From: Epiperipatus broadwayi
Lineage: Eukaryota > Animalia > Onychophora
DNA length: 64,000 nucleotides
Assembly: GCA_028023455.1 (NCBI GenBank)
Contig: JAQFVV010000004.1
Location: 11,966,001 to 12,030,000 of the forward strand
Direction of reading: 5' to 3'
Position numbers and translations under genes: made by a program. The notes beneath the pieces were generated by a model. That model was not told where the DNA came from. It saw only the letters and a list, made by a program, of their open reading frames with translations, and did not search any database. This document shows, in pieces, positions 26,621-36,453 of the stretch (positions are counted from its first letter, which is position 1; every line of letters starts with the position of its first letter).

Positions 26621-27699
26621 CAGTGGAAGAACTGGAAGTATGCAAGATATTCATCACTAAAACAATCTGTGTCTTTTAAAAATATTATATAAAGGTTTGG
26701 TGACTCTCCTTTATTTCCAAAGCTGCAATACTGTACTTAAAAAGATTTACAATGTAGCCACAGGGATTATTTAATTCATGGATTCATTTTTACTTAAGTG
26801 AAATGGAATTCACTGCCACACAATCATCATTAAAAAAACACTTTTCTACGTATTAATGGATTTAAACACTTGTGTTGTAAATTACACATAAATAATAACC
26901 AGAAAAATATAGCAATATTTTTTTCTAAATGTAACATGTTAACTTTGGATTTTTTATTTGGTGTTTATAAATTATTGTACACACTAAAATAAATACGTTT
27001 TAATAGTAATATTTTCAGATATAATTTGTCCTTTTTATACCATCATTTTAAATAAATTTCTTAGATATGTTTAAAATGAATTACCTAATAATAAAATTTT
27101 ATGATCTAAATATTTGGATATGAATGTTTATCAGTTTTACCAGAACCCATCACCATAATAATCAAGCATACAACCTGAGAACAAAATATTCCTGAATTTT
27201 ATTTTAAATTTGGAAAATTTTTTAAGCTTTCTTAGCAATTGTAACATTTAATCAGTTACTGGAAAATTAGTGTTATTTCCCCCATACTCACATGGTAATA
27301 AATCTGTTTCTCATCATTATTCAATTAATGCATTATTTATTTTATTTGAATTATAAAAATCACTCATTATTGCTTCAACATTGACAAGTAATATATATGA
27401 CAAAAATCTATTAAAATGTTTTGAGCTTTTCCAAAACTTTTGATAAAATTTATGTATTATCAAAAGCATTATTTAATAAATTTTCTTTCATATGACATTC
27501 TATCTCAATTTTGCAAATAAGTATCACTTTCTTCTGACTTCTGTTCTAGTTAGTGTGGAAGAGATTTAATTATAAATCTTTTTTGTTAAACAGATTGTTA
27601 TTCATGATTGTAGTCTATTTTTTTCTTGTTTGATTTTTCATATAAATAGATACCCTGTGCCAATAAACATTACACAATCAGAATTTCTTATGCTTGTTT

Positions 27700-28075
27700 A
27701 TAACTGTTATTAAAACAGGCAAAACTCTCTATACGTATTACCACTCAATGCAAGCCAGAGTAATCAATCGATGCCAGAAGACTTGTGCATAAAATCCCCA
27801 TCTAGTACCTACTCATCCAATATCCCCAGACTAGTTTCTGATCATGTTGCCTTCATCAGTGAGAGAAATATCCTCAAACTAGTTTTTGGTTTGTTGCCTT
27901 CATCAGTGAGGGTTGCAGCTAATGCAACCCTCACTGATGAAAGCTACAAGCCAGAAACTAGTCAGAGGATATTGGACGAGTAGCACCAGATGGGGATTTT
28001 ATGCGCAAGCCTTCTGGCATCCATTGATTACTTTGGCTTGCACTGAGTGCCAATACATATAGAGATTTTTTTAGT
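27700..28075. mobile_element. Fold-back element of HHR family A, three HHR copies (two in tandem in the left arm)
   Basis: Centre cagtgagggttgca gctaa tgcaaccctcactg. The left arm has a 47-bp tandem duplication (catcagtgag at 27854 and 27901). Arms are homologous to 355-487. Confidence 0.85.
27929..27968 (+). ncRNA. Minimal type-I hammerhead ribozyme (family A, slightly decayed)
   Basis: cctca-CUGAUGA-aagc uacaa gcca-GAAAC-ua-GUC-agagg: palindromic ACUAGU stem III and GUC triplet. Consensus of the three copies gives GGC/GCC stem II and ccuca/ugagg stem I. Confidence 0.7.
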
Positions 28076-28479
28076 TATCTTGTGGTTGTTATATGCAATA
28101 TAATTCTCTGATTGCTAGTGATTGCACTATACCATCTGCCTTTTCAAACTCAATAACGATCTTTAGTCCTATTTAGCAAAAACAAAAATAATGTTTAATG
28201 TCTTCTTTAAATGATTAGCTTTAAGATGTTATCTAATAAAACAATGTTGATAAATTTAATTCTAAAATTGATTATTGTCTTATTTTAATTATTTTAAACT
28301 ATTTCAAATCTAACTTTTGTTTTGAGATCATGCAAAAATATTCTCCCAGTATTATTTCTTGGTTTTCAATTTAAGGTCTTGGATTACTTGTATCTCAGAG
28401 AACTTCTCAGTTCATAACACAATTTTGATATTTTATTAATATTTCAAATGAAGCATTTTCATTTATTCTATTTAAAACC

Positions 28480-28856
28480 AGATATAGTGGAATAAGACCA
28501 CTCAAAGAAGTATGGAGAGATGCATGTTGGGGGTAACAAAAAGAGATCGAAAATGCAATATATGGGTAAAAGAACAAACAGGTGTTACTGACCTCATTGA
28601 GAAAATTAAAAGACTGAAGTAGAGTTGGGATGGACATATTGCTAAAAAAGATGATAATAGATGGATAATTAAAATCTTAAACTGGATTCCAAGAGATTGT
28701 AAAAGACCCAGAAAGAGACCACATGTAAGATGGATGAATGAAATAAGAAAGTGTGCAGGGGTGATGTGGAAAAGAGATGTTAAAGATCAGAGAAGCTGGA
28801 TTGAACTTGTAGAGACCTTCATCCTGCAGTGAAATGATAATGGTTGATGATGATGA
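28480..28856 (+). mobile_element. 5'-truncated RTE-clade LINE 3' end
   Basis: Reads TTQRSMERCMLGVTKRDRKCNIWVKEQTGVTDLIEKIKRLK*SWDGHIAKKDDNRWIIKILNWIPRDCKRPRKRP..RW..WIELVETFILQ, the classic RTE C-terminus, followed by a (GAT)n tail. Confidence 0.9.
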
Positions 28857-29195
28857 AGCAAATTTTGTCTACCACTTTCGTATCTTTGTCAAATGTACAG
28901 ATACTGTCTGGTTTTTGTCCACTAGATGGAGCAGAGGACTCCAGTGAACACTGTTTTCTGGCTCCCTGTTTCATACCCTTTTTCCTAGTTTAGGGAATTC
29001 AATTTCTCTAAAACTATCACTATTAAAAAGAGGAGTTTCTTAGCTCTCTTTTCATATACAAGTTGTATCACATAAGTAAGAATAATTTCAACTTTTATAA
29101 AAATGCTATGTAAATATATGGCAGCCACTGGAATTACAAAAGATTTCTACAGAGATTTTACTTTTAGTAAAAATTTTCATTTCACTTAATTTTGT

Positions 29196-30224
29196 TGAAT
29201 GAATAAGAGAGTCCGGTTGTTGGGGAGACCCCCAGGGGCCCAAATGAGGGATAGGTCTGGGATGAGGACACTGTGGTGACCATTACCAATGTTGGTTTTT
29301 CTCATTCACAAGATAGAAAAAATAATGTTACTTATGATGATTCTTTAATGTTATCATCATGAATGATTTAATCCACATATTATTGCAAAATAAGTTGCAG
29401 TTTGGCCTCATGATTCTCATTGCAAGTGATTCACCTTATTTAATTTTATTATTTCCAATGTTGTTATTGATAGGGCTGGCTTTTTGCTGTTCAAGTGATT
29501 TTCATGATGGATTAGAATGGTTTTCAGCAGAGACATTTTGAAGCTTGGATTTTTTTTCTTGTTCTCCATAGTTTTTCCATAATTCTTCCAAAGTATTTGG
29601 GATTGCTCTCTTGTGAAGATATTCTAGGCCATTTGGAAAAACTAAGCAGTAGATTGATTTAAACCGTATTTTATGTTATCTCCAAGTGTTTTCCTATTTC
29701 TCAACTTATCTACCTCAAATTGGATTTCCCAATATTGTACTCCTAAAACACTATTCATATTTGATTTCTAGACTTTATAAATAATTCCTAATTGTACCTT
29801 CTAATTAAAATGTTCATTACAATCAACTTTGCTGATTGAATGAGAGAGTCTGTTTGTTGGGAGTGGCCCCAGAGACCTAAATCTTGGTTCTTTTGAGGGG
29901 AGGGCTAGAATGAGGGTGCTGTGGGAACTGTTGCCAATATTGATTTTCTCATTCACAAGGAGGAAAAAGATGTTATTCATAATGGTTTTAGCGTTATTGT
30001 TATAAACGATTTTATCCAAGTATTATTGCAAAGTAAACCGCAGTTTGGCCTAATGATTTTAATTGCAAGTGATTCACCTTATTTAAATTTATTATTTCCA
30101 ATGTTGTTATCTCCAAGTGTTTTCCTATTCTCAACTTATCCATCGCAAATTGGATTTCTCAATATTGTACTCCTAAAATGCTACTCATATTTAAACTCTA
30201 GACTTTCAAATAATTTCTAATTGT
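29196..30224. repeat. Diverged direct duplication (copy 1 ~29196-29796, copy 2 ~29837-30224)
   Basis: Collinear blocks such as gcagtttggcct.atgatt..attgcaagtgattcaccttattt. Copy 2 lacks ~210 bp between two atgtt(g/a)t microhomologies. Confidence 0.85.
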
Positions 30225-31500
30225 AACATTCATTTGTCTTTAATGGTTAATACACACCATTTCCACATCCCTTTTCATATGTATCCTTCCTCTTTCACCA
30301 TGTTGCTCCTGAATTTCATTTTTACCATTCTTTGTAAATCTCTTATTTAACGTATTTGTACCTTTTTTGATGAATAAACTTTCACCACAGAGAAAAAAAA
30401 ATAATTGTCTTATTCCATTTGGTCTTTATCAATTGATTTATGGCATTCATTTGAAATCACAATATGCTGCTTAGTTTCTTTTATTCTGTTTGATTGTGAA
30501 ATTCTTTATATAATAGACATTTTTCCTTCTACAACAAAAAATTTATCTTTTAAAAGTAACATAAATATATTATTTTTTGAATAAAATAATATATATATGT
30601 ATAACTCTGACTGTTCATTGAGTAATCAATATCTTCTTAATATATTTCAAAACCATACTTATCAGGTTTATTTCTCTCTAAAATATTGTAATATTTTATT
30701 ACTTTTATTTCAATTCTTTTCTTTCAATATAATTTCTCAAAATATATCTTTTAAATAACCGTTATTTTTTTTTAAAAAAAAAAACAATTTGAATTCCATT
30801 TATATTTTCATTAATAATAATTCGTTTCCATTCATTTTGTTCTAATTTTCTCTAATTCTAAGCTATATTCAGAACCTATTGCTTCTATATTATGACAATA
30901 TTTACTTTTCAAGTGCTTCTAATGTTTTACCTCTTCTTAATTGACCATGCTTAAAATTCACACAGAATCAAACTAATAGATAATCATAAATTCAGTTTTT
31001 TTATTCAATTCTAATTTCTTAGCTCATATAATTTTTGTCTAGGCATTTATTAAGAAAATTATATCCAGAATTTTATAGCACATTAAAAATATAATTATTC
31101 TATAATTACTTCATTAAAAACAATTTGAATGTAAATAACTTTCATTCAGATTATTTTCATGCTGAAAAAGTATCAGACTATTTAAATTTTCACAGTCCAC
31201 AATCAAATTCACTGATATATTACAATATTTTGCTTTAAAAATGCATTTGCCAAATGATGCATAAAAAAAAAATTGGAAGCAACTATTGCAGATGTAACCA
31301 ATAAAATATGTATAACCTTGAAAATGATTTTCAATTTTTTTTTTCATCATTCAATAATAAACCATAAACAACATTTCAATTGTCAGCTCATTTAAAATAC
31401 TCACCATTCACATACAATACAGAAATATGTAATTAAAATGTGCACTCATTTTACTATGGTTTTGATAAATTTTGAATTTATGTTATAGCTTTTACCAATT

Positions 31501-31514
31501 GTTGCCATAGAAAC
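31501..31514. promoter_or_regulatory. RFX X-box-like motif with adjacent CCAAT
   Basis: GTTGCCATAGAAAC, with ccaat at 31495-31499. It is not inside any repeat I recognise. Confidence 0.35.
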
Positions 31515-31764
31515 AATACACGCCTTAGTATTCATTATTTCAGGATTAGCATTTCTGGCCAAAATTTAATATTTTTTCTTGTTTATTAAAAAAAATAGCT
31601 ATAACTACAGAGCAGTTCTATTTAAAGTAATATATATTATATAAAATATTGTTGTACTGATCTGTTTTATTACTTTTTTACTCTAGATGGCAAGAAAATG
31701 CTTATAAGTTTTAACCCTCAATGCAGTTTTCTTGAAGGTTAGTAATGATAGTATTTTAGTTGTA

Positions 31765-32045
31765 TTTATATATTGAACTATTTAAATCATTTAATACTAA
31801 GTACTGAATGTCTTTAGAAAAATTAAACTTTATTTAAATTTTTCAACTATATTCAACTGTTAATAATAGCACACAGATTAGTATATGCACATCATTTCAA
31901 GAGGTATTATTCTTTATTCTCCTCTCTTATTCACGTGTTGCTAGCCTGTCTAGTGACAATACTAGCATGGGAATTGACCTTGGATCCTTAGATTATTTAA
32001 AATAGAATTGTAAGTTAGCAATCAAACCAACTGAGCCATCCTGCC
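31765..32045 (-). mobile_element. Old tRNA-headed SINE with AT-rich body (copy 1)
   Basis: Minus strand starts ggcaggatggctcagttgg (A-box) and has ggtcaattccc (decayed B-box). Aligns over ~280 bp with 32534-32810. Confidence 0.65.
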
Positions 32046-32079
32046 AAAGGTAACAGTGATTATACATAATGTATGGAAA

Positions 32080-32382
32080 TAATGTAATATATCAAGCACA
32101 CAATTCTTCTTTTCAAAATAGTTCATAAATATCCAATACAGAAATAAAACAAACTAACTCCTTCTTTTTAAAACTTGTTTATTATATGACTATAATCATG
32201 AAAAAAAAAAAAATCCAACGTTTTGACTATTTTATATAGTCTTTTTCTAGGAAAGGGGAGTGAGATAAGTGTGCCTCGAAAAAGACTATATAAAATAGTC
32301 GAAACGTTGGATTTTTTTTTTCATGATTATAGTCATATAAAAAACAAGTTTTAAAAAGAAGGAGTTAGTTTGTTTTATTTCT
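32080..32382. mobile_element. Fold-back insertion with HHR relic and 14-bp TSD
   Basis: TSD ataatgtatggaaa at 32066-32079 and 32383-32396. Arms ~32140-32252 and ~32274-32382. Relic cctcgaaaaa GACTAT ataaa ATAGTC GAAAC GTTGG. Confidence 0.8.
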
Positions 32383-32533
32383 ATAATGTATGGAAACCAT
32401 TAATCAATTTTTATTAATGGTTTCATAGTGTGACTATGGGAACCACTAATTAAATTTGCTCTCAGAAAAAAACAAAAAAATCAGGCAGAACCTCATAGAT
32501 AAGTATGAGACATTTCTACTGCCTGTTATCTTT

Positions 32534-32810
32534 AGCAGGATAGTTTAGTTGATTAAAATGTTACCTTAAAATTCAATATTCAAGAATCTAAGGGTCCAAA
32601 GTTTGATTTCCTTGCTAGTACTGTCACTATCTAGGCCATCAACAGCTAAAGAAGAAAGGAAAATAATATCTCTCAAAATATTGTGCATATAATAACCCAT
32701 GTTCTATTACTAACAGTTAAATGTAATTGAAAATTTTAAATAAAGTTTAATTTTTCTAAATATATTCAATACTTAATATTAGATGATAGAAATAGTTCAA
32801 TATATAAATT
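32534..32810 (+). mobile_element. Old tRNA-headed SINE (copy 2, inverted relative to copy 1)
   Basis: gcaggatagtttagttg...tgctagtactgtcact...ttttaaataaagtttaatttttctaaa is the reverse complement of copy 1, with substitutions. Confidence 0.65.
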
Positions 32811-33489
32811 CAATGCAGTTTTGTGTATTAAAATAGTTAATGCTGGTAATATAATATTATTTTCCACAAATAAGGGTTTGAAGGTTAAACCTTATGCAAG
32901 ATATTTTAAATCCACTGGAAATATACTTTTACACTTAACTTGAAGAATCTATACAAGATGTAAAATTTGGTGATTCAAAAAAGTGTTTTTTAAAAACAAG
33001 TATGCAGATTAAGAAAAAAATGAAAGATTTATACAACTACAGATTTAACACAAATAACTAAATACATTATTAGAAAATTACTAGATAATATAAGCATTAT
33101 TGCTGGAAATAATTACATCTTTTATTTATTTAATGAAGATGGCTATGGCCAATGTTTGTTATCATTTATATAAATTTGCAAATAAGCATATATAAAACTA
33201 AAAGCATGATAAATATCAATCTAAGTGATGATACATCACTAAAAAAAAAATTCTTAGTACAAGAATTCCTTTTGCAGTTCAGTATCAAAACCGATCAATA
33301 TAAAAATGTAGATAAATAAAAAAACGTAATGAGAACAAAATTAATATGATTTGTCCAGAATAATCTAGAAAAAATAAATACTTCTAAATATTAATTATTA
33401 ACAAAAAAATGTTAAAATAAATATTATTATAATATATTACAAATAAGGATATCAAGAAGATCGAGTCTCATTTTTGTTTTATTTAAATT

Positions 33490-33690
33490 TACTGATAAAC
33501 AATAAAAAGCTAACCATAATTAATATTATTTTTTCAAGGCTATCATCTACAAAATTATTAATCCTTGATTCCAAATGTAATGAAAATATATCATTTACAT
33601 ATATTAAAAACAAAATAGAACCATAGACCAAACCTTGAGGTGCACCATGATTAATTACTGTATAATAAGTTTGTAATACCAAAAATGTTT
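33490..33690 (-). mobile_element. LINE reverse transcriptase fragment
   Basis: HGAPQGLVYGSILFLIYVNDI...NNFVDD corresponds to the GVPQG / LFLIYIND / (F/Y)ADD motifs. Confidence 0.8.
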
Positions 33691-35930
33691 ATTGCCTGAT
33701 TACTAAAATAATTTTCAAGCCAAGGAATAAAAAATAAATAAATATGAAAACGCATAAATACAAATAATTTTCTTTACGAGATATAAAGTCAAAGGCCGTA
33801 GATTTAGTCTAAATAAATAGCAACAATTTTGAGATCACTATCCAGTAATGATGACAAATTGTTAATTATACTTATAAAATGCATCTAATGTATTTGTAAC
33901 ATCATCATCATCATTATTATTTAATTTTAACTTAAGTTAATTTTATTTAAAGTTCAAAATAATAATTAATAGTCAATTACAGAATGCACTTTTTTTATAA
34001 AAAAAAAAGACAAACAATTACAATTGACACAATGATAAAAAGGTGTGGAGAAAAGAAAGAAATGAAAGTTGTACATATTAATTAAATTCTAGATGATATT
34101 ATTAAGCATACAATCCCTGTTGTAATGGTTGATCATATAAAATATAGGACATAACCTGAAAGCATGAGATTGATAGGGAATTAGATTAAATGAATTATGA
34201 GCTAGTATAATATATAAAGATGAGAATATATATATATATGAAAGCAAATTTGACATAATTGTAAATTAAGAGGTAATATTATATAAAAAAGTAATGTTTC
34301 TGATTTTTCTTCTATGTTTCAAGAAAGAATTAAAATGTGCATTAAAGTGATTAATTATGTTTTGAGTATCTAGCAAATACAAATTTAATTTTTTGGATAT
34401 TTCTTTTAATATATGGATTCCAGATAACTAAAACAAATTCTAAGATGGGGAGAATTAAAGAAAGGAAAAGTTTATATTTAGTTGACTGATTAAATATTTT
34501 ATCTTGTTTAGGTGTGGTCCTGTAGTATTAATATGTAGAAGGAAGTAAACATCACTGGAAAAAGTAATTTCAAGATCTTTCTGATTATATTTAAAATGAT
34601 TTTAAAATCATAGACACAATAGGAAAATTAAAATTTTAGATTTCTTTTGGAGTAGAAGACAACATAGTATTTTTTATTAGTCAAAATTTTGTTGCCACTG
34701 CCCCATGTTATAAACAGATCTATAACATTTTATAGTAAAGAGCAATCAAAAAATGAATCAATGCATATGAAAATTTTGCAATTATCAGCATAAAAGAAAA
34801 GGTGAAAATATTTTAAACTACTCCTAAAATTATTAATATATTTATATGGAAATCAAATTTATTGTAAATGTGGCAAAGGAAGATTAATTTATAGTTCAAA
34901 TATCAAATTGTATTTTGGTAAGACAGCAGACCAAGTTAAATATAATAAAATAGATTACCTTTCAGAATTTTTATTTAAAACATTAGTAAATTAAAAAATA
35001 ATTTAAATACTGTCTAGATTTTAAATGAAATCCATGCAGGATATATTAGAAAATGAAAATTTTACATAAAATAATTTGGAGATCAGAAATAAAATTTGTA
35101 TTACATTTTTACATTATCAAAACTAATTACTCTGAAAATGATTTGATATCTTTAATCTGTAATTAAGCTTTGTTTTACATCTTATTCCTTTATTATAAAT
35201 TTTTATTTTATTTTAAAAATAGAAATTTCCAACAATAACTTTTCTTATAATTATGATAGAATTCTTTATAAAAAAAAACATTTTTAGTATAAATAGTATA
35301 TAACAGAAATCAATTGGTCTCTTTTTCTTCTCTGATTTTCTTGCACATCATATTAATTGTCAGTATAGATGTTACCATCAAAGTAATGTTCAATTAACAA
35401 AAACCTCCTCAAAGCACTAAGAAGCTATTCTTACAGTGTTAATTTGTACCTAGGAACTCCTTCCTCAGTGTACAGAACCAGTTATATTGAAACAGTCTCA
35501 GTGGCATCTAATTAATTATAATCCAATCAATCACTTGCCATATTTATAGAAACTTATATTAATAAACTAGTAATGATTTCAAATATGTGTGAAAAACTGA
35601 TGATGATAAACTGCATATTTTGAATATGTGTACAAAACCTGATATTGACAAAATGTATAAACTCAATATAGAAAAACCCAAGATCTGGCAACATCAATTT
35701 ATAACTACTGAATATCAAATAGTGCTTTTTTTTGTGAGTTTTCCTGTAAACCAAGACAACAGCCATATTTTTTGATAAATGTCCACTTTCAAAGACCTAT
35801 AATTTACTGAAGATGTGTTAATTGTTAAATTAAAACAAAATTAATAGATTGGTTATTAAAATTTAAAAAAATGAATGAATTTTGATAAATTTCATTAAGA
35901 AGCTTTATTTAATTTTTTTTTACTTATATT

Positions 35931-36453
35931 TATGCGGGGTTCGAACTCAGACTTTCACACAACCCACCACTCTCAGTGCCATCTCATATTGCTGACCCAC
36001 CTGATCACACACATGTTGAAAAGATAAATAATCACCAATATACGTATTTCATGCTAAACCAGCAATCATCAGTTGGTCTAGATTACTATCCTCACACACA
36101 CACATATATATAATCAGTACTCAGCTTTATATTAAGATAGCCAATCTTCATACTTTAATGGATAGGCTTCAAACTATTCCAACTCACAACTCTTTAGCCT
36201 TCCATTTCATTGAAAATCTGATGATGGAACGTTCAAAGCCCTTGATAGTGTCAAAGTTGTCATCCTACCCATGTTGACATATTAGTCATTCTGACCCCTC
36301 ATGTACAGGAGAATAACCCATTTATATATACATATGCGAGGGATGGGCAGACCTTTTACACACTATTTATATAAATTAATACATTGTACAGGCTTAAACC
36401 TGCATTTATATATGTAATATATGCGGGGTTCTTTAAGCCAGTACAATGTATTA
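35931..36453 (-). mobile_element. Family B HHR element, one full unit (period 489 bp), 13-bp TSD, fold-back 5' end
   Basis: TSD ttttacttatatt at 35918-35930 and 36454-36466; the empty site is visible in the 52.8 kb MITE copy. tatgcggggttc occurs at 35931 and 36420. 36435-36453 is the inverse of 36377-36395. Confidence 0.9.
36035..36076 (-). ncRNA. Minimal type-I hammerhead ribozyme (family B)
   Basis: Identical to the 24966-25007 motif. Confidence 0.8.
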
